Below, piece after piece: positions 20,919 through 33,200 of a stretch of DNA of 64,000 nt. Position numbers and translations under genes: made by a program. Source of the stretch: Octopus sinensis (Eukaryota); contig NW_021833039.1 in the NCBI RefSeq assembly GCF_006345805.1, forward strand, positions 22,458 through 86,457, given 5' to 3'. How positions within the stretch are numbered: the first letter of the stretch is position 1; the number at the start of each line of letters is the position of its first letter. Under the pieces are notes generated by a model. The model was not told the DNA's origin and did not search any database. It saw only the letters and a program-made list of their open reading frames with translations.

Positions 20919-23180
20919 ATGAATACTCTAGAAGATTTTCCATCTCACCCTCTGATTCGTGCTCTCTATGATGTCTGGTTGAGAATCTGTGAAGTGTCGC
21001 GTAATTTGATTCGTATAATATTTTTAATGTTAATTAGCCAACCTGAGTCAAAAGTTCGGCAGATTAATTGAAAAATCTATAAATTAGCATAATCCTAAAA
21101 ATATATTGGAAATCGCCGTCGACGCCTCGATGTGCTGTTCAATTTGCAGGCTGAAGGAAATGTTCAGGGAATTTCCAAACAGTGGCAACCCAGGTGAATA
21201 TACTAACGATTACTCCAGTAGTTTGGCATGCGGGAATCCTCACGGGCTGGTTAGTTGAGGTCCAAATGGATTGGATCATGACCAGCTTACGATTTGAGGA
21301 CAATCTATTTTTTTCTGACTTTGATTTCCCCGACTCGCAGTACTTTCCGATTTTGATCTGTAGGGAAGTGTTGGATTTGGAGACACTCCAGAGACTGCTT
21401 AATCAGATTCTTGACAACTATGAGGGTGTGGGGACTAATCTGAACATCCAAACTCTATTCCGACATATTGAAAAATTTGTAGTTGAGGGAAAATGTTTAA
21501 ATGAGTTAGTAATTGTCGTATCATTACAGTCTCGATATGCCTGTTCCCCCAGCCAAGTCCATCAAATGTAGACTCTTTGACGTTCGAACGATTAAATAAC
21601 ACGTAGAATGGGATCGCGTTCGGGGAATGTAGCCAGGATCTCCAAGTTTGTAGAAGAATTTCTGGCTTTGTGTACGAGGACGAAATCGAGCTGATAAAAT
21701 GGATGCATGTCCGCAGCTTCGAAAATGTTCTTCCGGTTGGTTCGTTGTTTAACAGCCAGAGTTCTCGATTACTGCAAATGTCCGACACAAACTCGAATCT
21801 AGAAATGTCCTTCAACCAACAAGGAATCAACGTCTTTTTCGCGCTGCTCAAATTCCTGGAGGTCAGTCCATAATAAAATTTGCAGAACGAATACGACGTC
21901 GCAAATTATTTCCGAGTCATATCCCCGGCGTCGTCAAATTGGGATTTGTGGGATAGAATGGGCTATGGAAATGAGTTTGTGGGGACCTACGAAGTATAAT
22001 TGTAAAATTCTACTCTAGAACATGTTTCTCATCTGTCCTGCACGAGACAGAAAAACCTATCTAATAAATAAGAAAATTCCTTTTCATTGGTCCGCCAGTC
22101 CACTCATTTTGTAGTATCTACTTCAAACAGATGAGTCCCCACTCTTGGGACTTGCCTGTTAAATTGGTAGACTACGATCCCATCTTCTCAAACGCCGGTC
22201 AGCACTCTGACATGACATTCTTGAACAGTGTCTCCAATTACGACGATTCGTGCGTGTTCTGTTCCAGGGAAAAGGTCACTCCCGACTTGTCAATTCTAGT
22301 TGCAAGACGAACTCGTCGGCGTCCTTAATTTGTGCAAGTCGATTTATTCCGCGTTTGACCTCGACTTGTCGGCAAAATTCATTTCAAAGCCTTTGATGAA
22401 TTCAACAAGACACGAGGAGTGTGATTTGATTACCCAAGTTGACGGTGATTAATTTACCAGATAATTCGGAGTGCTCTCTCGGCGACGGGGATCACCTTCG
22501 AAGAGAGCGCTGGATATTCCCAACTGCCCTTTGTACTATTCCTGGCTAATGTACTAGGTAACTTTTAACGTCCGGACGTATGACGACTCCACTTACACGT
22601 GCGGGATCGTGGAGGTGGACCTCACTTCGGGGGAGAGATTTGATTTATTCTACGAATAGTCTCACCCTTGTGTCCAATGCCTAGTGATGGTTGCAGAAAG
22701 ACTCCCGCAATCATTCATCATCAAATCATTGGGTCCATTCAAGAATTCACCAAGATCTTACTTCACCACTACAAGGGATATTGGTTTGTTCACATTCCTG
22801 ACCTCAGGCCATTCTGGCTTTCCCCGATACAATGCACCGTCGTTTCTTTGCGAGAGGAGTTTTTGGAATATTCAAAGACGGTACTCTTGGTGGTTATAAC
22901 CCAGGTCTATCAAACTATCCGAAGACGGCACATTCGGGCAGTCATGTCTTGGAATTTCGACTGTTGCATCTCCGATCGACTCAATAACGCAAAAAAGAAT
23001 TCAAGCTTTACTCTGGGTAATATGTCACTCCAACTACGCCCAGTCATTGGACGGGAAGAGCTTATGCAAAATCAAGTTCACGTGATTGGGACCAACTTGG
23101 ATTTGGGACGTGTTTCCGTGGAGGTGGCAATCGACTTGATGAGTGAATTACTCAATACGAAAAGCCGACAAGTTTTTTAA
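20919..23180 (+). CDS. Threonyl-tRNA synthetase paralogue with degenerate catalytic and editing sites (pseudo-enzyme); 5' end uncertain (20919 or 21130)
   Basis: Splicing about 14 micro-introns gives colinear similarity to ThrRS: VVWHAG, RRISGF, NEY..ANY..VISP..LW...ENMF, PFHCIYF, LPVKLVDY, DDSCVFC, CGIVEVDL, PAIIHHQIIGSIQEF, YWPFWLSPIQ, VIGREE. Confidence 0.85.
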
Positions 23181-24074
23181 CATCTTTTTGAGAATAAATA
23201 TGGCTTCAATCAATTGATAATTACAAATTAAGAAAAAAATAAACAAAAGTGCTTATATGCCTTCAACCTAAAAATATGAATATGTCGAGGGTGAAATCGT
23301 GACAGATGTCATAACACTGACAGTCGTCTTAAGTCACCATAAAATAATAATCCACGACAAAATAATTACTTTATCCTAACAGGCTATGATGTTTGTCTAT
23401 GATGACGCAGAATACAACTGACTGAAATTATTCCTTGGAGAGCATTACGTGGATATTTCGAAAGTTAAAAAATTCCGACTGAAAAAGCCGAAAATTTCAT
23501 TCTTATTGACAGAAAGCTATATCTGGAAAATACTAATCAACTCCACAAGCTTCAACACTTACAGAAGGTGCATAATATTTCTGAATCAACAAAACAGACG
23601 GTAAAGACAGCCTCAAAACATATATTAATTACAAATTTGGTTTTTCTCGGGTAAATTTCCTAATTATAAATAAAACTATGGGGGTAAATCGATCGAAACA
23701 TAAATTTAGCATCAAAAAGTATTCAATTTATAATTACTTAAGCAGTTCGTATTCGGAAGGACTAATTCTTCACTAAAATCAATAACCTTTGTTTCTTTCG
23801 TTTTTTACTTTGTACTTTTGTATTTTGAGAAGTTTGAAAAACTCATATTCTTTCTCAACATTGATTAGAAGTTCATTAAAGTAAGCTACATATAGCGTAC
23901 ACAAACAAAAATTGGAAGACATCTGTTAATTAAATTTTTATTTTTAAGAAAATGTTGTGAAAAGGTGGCCGATTTAGAATTTGGCCACTTTTCGAAATTT
24001 TATTTTACTTTTAATTATTTCTTACAAAATTAACATTTTAAGTATATAAAAATAAATTAAATATTGTGTTGTTG

Positions 24075-24789
24075 ATGGCAGAGCAGCTCGCTTCGATTTA
24101 TGGGTCAGAAAAAGACAAGTATAGAGGGTATAGTCACAAGCAGAGTAAATTGTTCATTTTTCTTCAAAATCGGAGCATGCAGACACGGGGACCAGTGCAC
24201 GCGCATTCACAACAAACCCAACTTCAGCCAAACCGTGCTGATCACGAACATGTTCCCGGGGGCACAGGTGAGTCACCTCTACTCGGGGTCAGCTCCAAGT
24301 TGGTCTGCAGACTAACCGGCAGTGCCCACCAATTCGGAGGACCAGAGGAAGTTCGAGGAATTCTTCGAGGAGGTGTTTGTGGAAATGAACGACAAGGTGG
24401 TCATCCTCCTGACGTGTGTAGTACGGCCCCATCGAGGAAATGAACGTGTGCGAAAACGTGGGCGACCATCTGCTGGGGAATACTTATGTGAAGGTGGTGG
24501 CCTCCCCTCATCCCAGTTCTACGAGGAGGAGGACGCCGAGCGGGCACTCCATGCACTCAACGACCGGTGGTTCGGAGGCAGACCATTGTACGCAGACCTG
24601 TCCCCTGTCACCGAGTTCAGGGATGCCTGTTGTCGGCAGCACGAAGTGGGGTACTCCTCCCTCTCACCTCCCAGTGAGTGCACTCGGGCAGGCTTTTGTA
24701 ACTTCCTTCACATCCGGGCCATCTCCAACGAGTTGAAGACTTATCTCTACCAACGGGCACGCAGCACTCGCAGACGTCGTCGTCGTTGA
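24075..24789 (+). CDS. U2AF1: Splicing factor U2AF small subunit (U2AF35)
   Basis: MAEQLASIYGSEKDK|VNCSFFFKIGACRHGD, UHM ...GNTYVK|F..RWFGG, CCRQHEVG|ECTRAGFCNF; introns 24119-24143, 24397-24421, 24494-24516, 24651-24674. Confidence 0.97.
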
Positions 24790-24924
24790 TTTCTTTCCTC
24801 CTTTGTTTTTTCCTCCTTTTTAAATTTCAGTCTATTTTTTATTTAATTTTATTATACACTATTTATTTAATATGCGGTCAACCTGCTAAATATGCCGAAT
24901 AAATAGGAATGTTCTAGATCGATA

Positions 24925-25734
24925 ATGGGTCTCAGAAGTGCTCGTTGTTTGATTCTAACGGCCTCCCTTCTATTTGCAGTCAGTCCACTCTCCATTAACA
25001 TAATGCAGGGGATTGGTGCTCTAGCAATCTATTCGACCGTGTTGAGTGCAGAGAAATTCTTCCCGATTGTCCACAAATTTGATTTGAAAACCTTCCCAAT
25101 CTCACTGATCCCCTTCTCAATGTCCCTCACGTTCTCCATAATATTCGTGTTCGCTGCCACATTCGGCCTGTGTGCTCTCCGGAATAACATAAGAATGCGG
25201 AAAACAGTACGAGTGTTTGTGTATTGCCAGTACTTCATCCTCGTCATGATCATTGGGGGAATAACCCTGGCCGTCCTCGTGCTGTGCTTCATCAACCACC
25301 AGAAAGTACTCCCCGCCCTCACGCCCAGCTGCCTCTCCGTGCAGTGGACTACCTCCGCACTGCCATCACCAACTACAACACCACCGCCGACAAAGTTGAC
25401 TTTATTCAGCGACTGGTGAGTGCCTGCATAACCCCCAGTTTTCCTGCTGTGGAGTGGACGGTCCCGGGGACTGGAGTGCCCTCAACATGTCTATCCCCCT
25501 CAGTTGCTGTCCTCATAGTAATGACACTGTGTGCGACCACCCTGTCTCTGTTGGGTGTGAGTCTGAGATCACCTCCCTCGACTCCAAATACTTTGTGTTG
25601 TCTGTTTCCGTGGGAATCGTCTTTCTGCTATTCACGGTATGTTTTCTTGGTCACCGCAGTTGATCTCGGGGGTTGCCACTTGCTACCTCCTCAAGACACA
25701 ACCACACTTTTACGGAACATACTACCCCATTTGA
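24925..25734 (+). CDS. Tetraspanin
   Basis: Four hydrophobic segments, large loop with CCG (FSCCGVDGPGDW), SCC and GC motifs across micro-introns. Confidence 0.85.
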
Positions 25735-25977
25735 ATTAGTTAGCCTATAATCTAATTAATTTGAATAATGCTATATCCAGGACATTTATTCCCTTCAAAC
25801 GGCTGTAGGCAAACCCAACCAGTCCACCTTCATTCCAACACAAAGTGGAATCGGGTAGAACGAGAGTAATATACATTTTCTATCATAAACAAAACCATGG
25901 AATGCAGCAAATAACTAAAAAATAGATAACCCGAAAACTAAATTGAATAAAAATAATGTTAGCAATCACAACAATAA

Positions 25978-26992
25978 TCACAATTGCTTTGAAAGCGGCG
26001 GTTTAATGGTTGAAGGCCGGGAAGTGGTGGCTGCGGGATTCGAAAAGGTATCTCTGTCTGGGCAGAGGCAGGTTTGGAAAGGGTATTTCTGTCTGGGAGG
26101 TGAGAGTGTTGGCATGGTGGAGACGAGCATAGGCACAGAAGGGTGTTTCCGTGAATTGGGGATTGAGAATTTCACTGCTCAACTGACGGGGCAATCTACG
26201 GACGGTACAACAGGGGTACCAACGAATAAAGACTGGACAGCACTCGAGGATTAGGCCGACTGCTCGACCCTGCAATGGTGAGAGACGTGGGAACCCGAAT
26301 TGGGGGGGACGGGAGTCTTGTCCACCTTTTTAGTATTCATTTGAATGACTCGGTCGATGGAGGCACTACAAATGTCTCACAAACTCACCGTTTTTTGAAT
26401 CGTTTACTTCGATTGACCGCCCTCTCCCGATCAGCCTTGTACTCCCCTCCAATCAAGTTCACGGCCTGCTCTATGAAATTGTCCACCACGAGTGAGGGAC
26501 AGCAGCACGTGATTGGGGAACGACAGATGGGACATGATCCATGTAGATTGTAGGCATTGGCAGTGCGAGTCCACTTTTCCAGACAGAGCAGACAGAATGA
26601 ATGTGAGCAGTTGAGTGCCACACTCTGGAGTAAAGGCCAACACAACCTGCTTCAGTAGAGAGTAGCAAATGTGGCAGGTTAGTTCTGCCTCGATGGTGTT
26701 AATCAGTTCTTGTTCGTTTACTCTGTGGACACTTTCAGTCTCACGCCTTTTGATTGGGGTGAGCCCGAATTTGGAGATAAGGTCATGTTGGAGTTCTTGT
26801 TTCTAAGTGTTGATTAGTGATCCAATAATTGATAAATATTATGTGGGCTGACCGCATTACAGTAAATAGGGAAATGGCTACCTTGCGACGCCCATTGAAG
26901 CCGTGTCGCTTGCATATAGTCCGGAGTTGGTTGTAGGTCAGTTTCAAGACTTGTTGGGTGCTGTCTAATTGGTCGGGTGAATCGATCGACAT
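25978..26992 (-). CDS. SAP-like domain + C3HC4 RING E3 ligase (RNF8/CHFR-like RING region)
   Basis: LTYNQLRTICKRHGFNGRRK|KQELQHDL (SAP-like); CHIC...LNCSHSFCLLC...CPIC; SLVVDNFIEQAV post-RING helix; Pro/Ser-rich tail after a 23-nt intron. Confidence 0.75.
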
Positions 26993-27387
26993 TGGGCTAA
27001 ATGAATTATTTTCCAGTCAAGTAGGGGAATATATACTCACGCAAATGTGGTGATAGTAATTGGCTGATAATATTTACGCAATATACTTACTCGCAAGTTC
27101 AAAATAAATTGGCAAATCAAGTGTTGATTAAATATCCGACGCTTTCCGCTCGAGTAATATAAATTAATATATTATCATAAATAATAATAACACCTATTTC
27201 AGGTCAAGGAAAACAGTCGAGTGGACGGAATACAGAGAGAGACGCCTTGTTTTATTCTGCATATTCCCACGGCAATAATTAACGACCGTCACGTTTTAGA
27301 GTGAACAGGCATTCTAGGAAATTATATAATTAAATAAATTATTTAAACATTATTTCAAATACAAAAAATGTGATACAAGTCTAACCA

Positions 27388-28936
27388 ATGCTGAGACTCT
27401 GTTTTAGTGTACTCATTTCGTGTTATAATCGTAGCACTCGGCCAAGCTCACTGCCAGCAGGGATTTGTCTAAGGGTATTCTCTGCCATTATTCCAGCTCC
27501 CCGTCTGTGCCTCAGTCCAGCACTCCCCCCCTCAGGGTAACCACTATACATGACTGGCATCAAGATCGTGGACTGTTCGTCAATTGAGGACTACTCCTCC
27601 AGCTCTGAGTTAGCACAACTAATAATGCAGAACAAATAATAATTAAGACGCCCAACTTTGCCGAGTCGATAAGTGAGGGAGACATAAAGTGGCACAAATG
27701 TAGGAGTACGACTAATTGACAGGCCTCGGGGACGTCGTCAATGTGGGGGATGTCCTGGGAGAAATAGAGACAGATAAGGTATCCACCACCCACCAACAGA
27801 CCTCCCTCGCTGTCATCGCCTCCTCCTCTGGCAAGATTACCGAATTCATTGCCTCCGACGAGTCCAGTGTCACTCCCGGCACTGACCTCGTCCGCATTGA
27901 CACATCATTCCACCCTACTGACCAATCGACTGCTCCTTCTACTCCCCCTACTGCACCCAGCACTGCCCCTACTCCACCCAGCACTGCCCCTACTGCACCC
28001 AGCACTGCCCCTACTGCACCCAGGACTCCCCCTACTGCACCCACCACTGCCCCTACTGCACCCAGCACTGCCCCTACTGCACCCACCACTGCCCCTACTG
28101 CACCCAGGACTCCCCCTACTCCACCCAGCACTGCCCCTACTGCACCCAGGACTCCCCCTACTGCACCGAGTGAGGGGGATGTGGAGAGCAGAGAAGGAGA
28201 GACGAGGGTGAGGGGGATTGTGTGATTGCAGATTAAAATGTCTCGGATGAGGAAGAGGATCGGGGAGAGACTGGGGGAGGCTCAGTCGACGTACGTGATG
28301 CTGACGACGTTCAACCAAGTGGACATGAGGTAGGTGGTGGTCACTCCCAGCAATGTCATCGCCATGCGCAAAAAGTACAATGATGTGGCCCAGAAGGAGA
28401 GGAATGTGCGCCTGGGGTTCCTCTCCGCCTTCATTGTGGCGGCCGCACGGGCATTGAGGGACACTCCCGTGGTGAACGCGGTGGTGGAGGGGGATTCCAT
28501 CATCTACCGGGACTACGTCGACATCTCCATTGCCATCTCCACCCCCAAGGGACTCGTCGTCCCCGTCCTCAGAAATATCCTCGGACTCAACTTTTTGGAG
28601 GTCGAACAGAAACTTGGGGAACTGTCGAGGAAAGCGAGGGAAGGGACACTGACTGTCGAGGAAATGGACGGAGGGACCTTCACAATCAGCAATGGGGGGG
28701 TCTTCGGGTCGCTCATGTCCACGCCCATCATCAATCCCCCCCAGTCCGCCATTTTGGGACTCCACGCCATCGAGGACAGACCTGTGGCCGTGGACGGACG
28801 GGTGGAGATTCGGCCGATGATGTACCTCGCCCTCACATATGACCATCGCCTCATCGACGGTCGCGAGTCCGTCACCTTCCTAAAGTCCATTAAAGAGGCC
28901 GTGGAGGATCCCGTCCGCATGATGGTGGGCATATGA
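27388..28936 (+). CDS. DLST: Dihydrolipoamide succinyltransferase (2-oxoglutarate dehydrogenase E2)
   Basis: Lipoyl domain [12 protein letters not shown]...IETDK; catalytic domain [38 protein letters not shown]. Confidence 0.97.
27950..28168 (+). repeat. Coding 21-bp tandem repeat (about 10 copies) forming a [14 protein letters not shown] linker in DLST
   Basis: Units actgcacccagcactgcccct, actccacccagcactgcccct, actgcacccaggactccccct read directly. Confidence 0.95.
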
Positions 28937-29089
28937 GCGAATACTAATGTGCACTAATTTGTCATTTCACATTCTTTCTACTCACGCCTTTGAAACATTT
29001 CAGTTATAGGGGGATGGAGGCATTCTGTTCGCAGGTGTGCATTATACGCACTCGATTGTTGTCCAGCACAACAAATTGTGGTTGAGTCA

Positions 29090-30205
29090 CATTTATTAAA
29101 TCACCAAGACCACGCTAAAAACCGAACAAATGTCACGTGATCCCGATGCACTCAACCAGGGACCTCATCCTCGCTCGGTGGTCTTTCCACGAGCCCACAC
29201 AAGATCGCACTGGGCGGCAGGCCGTTTTTGGCGGAGCAGTCGCTGACGGGCCCAGGTTCAGCTTGATGAGGTCTTCCAGAGAGGCTGGACCGGGGCGTTG
29301 GCTATCAAGTGACCAACGATCGGTTAATCTGAGGGCCCTTTGTTGGGCCTCCTCGATTCGCCTCCTGTTGGACCACGATAGCCGCGGACCCCATGATCCG
29401 CAAGCGTACGCAACACAAGGTTCGAAGTACTGGCGATAGATATTCGCCAGTACTGGGTGCGACCCGTTTTTCCGAATACCAGATAGAGTTCGCAGAATAT
29501 TCAGTTTATGTTCGCATTTGCGAAGGACGAAGGAGGTTGTCCACATGAGGGGAGAAACAGAGGTGCATGTCGAGGGTTACCCCTAGGACCGTCTGACTCC
29601 TGCAGAAGGGAACGGATATATTATTCAGCTTTAAGTCGACAGACGTCCTTCCCAATCTTTTATCCGAGGTGAAGAGGGACGTGGCGGACTTCGCCGCGTT
29701 TACTACGAGCCGGTTGTCCGTCAGCCATAGGTTCAGCCGATCCAAGTTAGCTTGGAGCCTTTCAGAGGCCTTCTGGATGTCCCGGTCCCGTGAGGCTAGC
29801 ACGATGTCGTCCGCGTATGAGAGAACAATGTCATTGTTGTCGAGGGGGCGAGGGAGGTCTTCCAAAAATAGGTTGAAGAGAGCCGGGGATAAGGGGGATC
29901 CCTGAGGTACTCCGTTGGGTAGAAGACGAGATTTGGACTTCAGACCACCGAGGCACACTCTTCTTCTTCGTCCACTTAGGAAGTTGGTAATCCATATTTT
30001 TAGCTTCGGAGGAAAGTCGGATTGGAATATCTTCCTTGAGAGGAGCTTCCTCGAGACGGAATCGAAGGCTTTATGGATGTCGACGGAGCAGAGCACGGTC
30101 TTTTGGTGCCTCGGTTTGCTGGCAAAACCGGTACAGATGAAGTTTGACAAGGATTGGAGGTACGAAGACGTGGACTTGGCCTTCTTAAAACCATGTTGAA
30201 AATGT
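29090..30205 (-). mobile_element. 5'-truncated LINE (RT), GIT-stop family
   Basis: VDIHKAFDSV, GVPQGSPLSP.LFN, SYADD; one frameshift near 29550; ORF ends GIT* then short UTR and AATAAA. Confidence 0.93.
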
Positions 30206-30288
30206 CATTCATTAAAAATAGTTATAAAGGTCATTAAAAATAGTTAATTTATTGTATTGACTATACAAATAGAGTTATAGTAGAGCAG

Positions 30289-33200
30289 ATGGACGAAACC
30301 CAGTCGGAATTGCTATTCAAATTATTCTTCCCCCAAGCTGACATTTCACTCGTCCCGCTCGTCCGCCAAGTCTTTGCTACCGATGACTCCATTTCCATTC
30401 AAAACTTCATTTCCGTATTTTCAGAGTGGAGGCAGGAAGACAGTGCTTGCTCGACAGGGAACCCAGGACTGGACAATCCACCACTCTACGGGGAGGACAA
30501 ACTGGTGATGGACTACTTTGTCATATTGGTGATCCTGGCCGTGATGTACATTCGGATGGACAAATGTGTCCTCCTCTTTGTATTTAAGTGAGCGAGGGCA
30601 TGCTCTACGTCGACAAACTCGTCTCCCACTTGGAGGAGGAGAGTATTCCCCATTTGGTAGACTGTCTGAAGAATCAGCATTATGTCCTGATAAATCAAAG
30701 TAGAGGGACTAGACCATGCTTAGTCATGTCGGAGGGGGATCCCACCATCCACTCCACTCAGCAGCAAAGTGTTCGTCGACTACAACTCGAAAGTAGGGCA
30801 CTCCTCCTGATGTAGACTACCCACCCATTACTAGTCTGCTCGATGAGACAGTCACTTGGATTTGCCTGCTTGGTCATCAGACTGAGTGTTTGTGTCGACT
30901 CGGGAGTGTGCTCATGTCCTCTGCCACTGTTTGTCTTGTTAAGTAAAGTAGTTGGAGGATGTGTTTGCCAGCATGGCCGTCGCCCTCCCCTGCGTCCCCC
31001 TCTGCGATATACAACCCATCACTCACTTTGCCACTACAAACATGTCCTTGAAATTACTGGAGAACGTGGGAGCAATGTCGAGAGAGTGCTGTCTCCGATT
31101 TGTTTCGTACTTCCACTCTGTGTTGGGGACTGTCGGGCAAACTGACATTTGGACAAACTCACTGGTGTGGGCACTCATCAACCTGATAACCCTCATCGAC
31201 CACTTCGAGAGTGCCGCCCTCTTCTTCCTCTCTCTCGAGCACAAGGAGGGATATTACATTCCCCTCCTGACACATCTCCAGGGTATCCTTCTCTCCATTC
31301 CACAGAACACGGAGATTATCACCTCTTTCACTCCTTTCCCAACAATCCCCACATCTTCTTCTCCACGCCCGTCTTCCACTCTCTCGACACATACCTATTC
31401 TTGTTCGACAAGACTCTCCTCCAATATCCCCTCCCCCACGACGTGTTCCTCCAATCCGCGGGTGTTGTGTCCACTGTTATTGAGGGACTCCTTTCTCCAA
31501 AGGCAAGTTCATTCGACTATTCATAGAAACAACAATCGACCCCCCTTTATCGACATTGGGCCTTCCTTCTGCTTAACGCCTCCAAATTTGGTTACTTCGA
31601 ACTGGTCCCCCCCACTAACCCCCGCGTCCTCCACGATTTGCTGGCTATCAAGTTGTGTGGAGAGGAGGCTGGGCGCTCCTGCCCTTTTTGGATGGAAATG
31701 ATAACCAGCTTGTATTTGGATATAAACATAATTCTGGCACAGGTTGGCTGCCCGTTTGAGTTGCAGTCCATTCTCCGAGTGTCCCCCTCCTCCTTCATCG
31801 ACAACCTGTTGAGGGAAGACAAGTCACTCGACATATTCCTGACCGGCAATTTGAGAACATGCGGAAGTGGCCGACTCATGTCTCTTCTGGGGTTCATTGC
31901 CAACGCCACGGTTCTGCATTACGGTTCAGTCCCCGTGTTGCCACAGCAGACGCCATTTCCGACCGAGACATGCTTGAAAAACAACTTTCTGTGTTCCTCC
32001 TCAGAAAAGCCTCCACTTACATTAACATCGCCAAGTATTTCAGGGTCTGGAATCGTGTCTACAACGTCTCCGTCGAGCCCTCCACAATGCTCGAGGACAT
32101 TGCTGACTACCGCGAACCATACTTTTGTCGCCACGTTGGGGAAACTGTCTCCGGACATTATTCTCTCAAAGGCAAATGGGCATTGTCTCACATTAAGGAG
32201 AGTTGGCCCTCAAATTATTCGACGGGGAATATTCGTGCCGAACAGAGATCAGTTCAGAGATGTACAACACAATGTACCACGAATATCAACTCAGGTGGTC
32301 CCTTCCTCTATTCGTAGAGTCAAGAAAATGTCCAAAACTGTTCACGACGTCCAGATTTGGCTGTCCTTTCCCTTCAACCCAGACAAAACGAACTTTGAGG
32401 CAATCAACTCGCCCCACTGGTTCAGCCTCATTCTGTCCAGTCTTGTGGTTGGGCCACTCCCCCATTTTCAGTTGATTGATCGGAACATGCTCACCGACGT
32501 GTGTTCTGACCTCCCTCTCCAGTTGATTGTACACTTTTTGTTTTGCTCGGCTTATTTCTGGGCCCATCGACCCCCCCAGTCCACCTGTGTGGCCGAGGAT
32601 GTGATTGTCCCCTCCTCCAAGTTTAGTGAAGCCGTGACCGCCTCCTTCGAGTTCGAATCCACCAAATACAGCATTCTCCAACTTGTCCTGCACAACTATC
32701 AAGCGTACGGGGGCCTGTGTGAGGACATTTCCCCGGGCAAGCCCAGTTGTGAGGCACTGGAGGGGGCAACCCCGCGCAAACACGTTCTGCGTCTCCTCAA
32801 TGCTGTATGCCTGCTGCTTCATTCAGATGTACTATGTCCTCCACGACGTGTCTCACTCCCCTCTCCCCTGGCCGAAGCCTCACTTCTCGAATGTCTCCCG
32901 TCGCACCAAAGATCGAATTTTCGAGGAATTCAGTGTCCGTCGGACCAAATGTCTGCAAAGTCGATTTGTGGAAGGATTGTCCGCCAAAGTGAGCAAATCG
33001 GACGACCTGCTGCCTCGGTGTGTCATCTGCCGTGAAACTGGGGACTCGTGGCAGAACAGGCTGTGCCACACTTTCTCGGTCAAGTCGTGGGATGGTTGGC
33101 TGTGATTGTAATGCAGTGCTCGGGTTCACTCGGACGGGGGAGGACGGGGTGCCCGCCAACATTTCCATGGCCCGCCAGATCGAATGTTTATACAAAAACT

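Noticed and set aside
21601-21604. Stop-codon reassignment (in-frame TAG/TAA/TGA inside conserved genes)
   Set aside because: The in-frame stops I examined in decoded genes fall inside GT-AG micro-introns; the standard code suffices.
27712-28846. Long antisense ORFs (GAV-repeat 139 aa, 313 aa) and similar ORFs opposite UBR, OSC, CIP4 and ELAV
   Set aside because: Shadow frames of GC-rich coding sequence or of the 21-bp repeat; no independent motifs.
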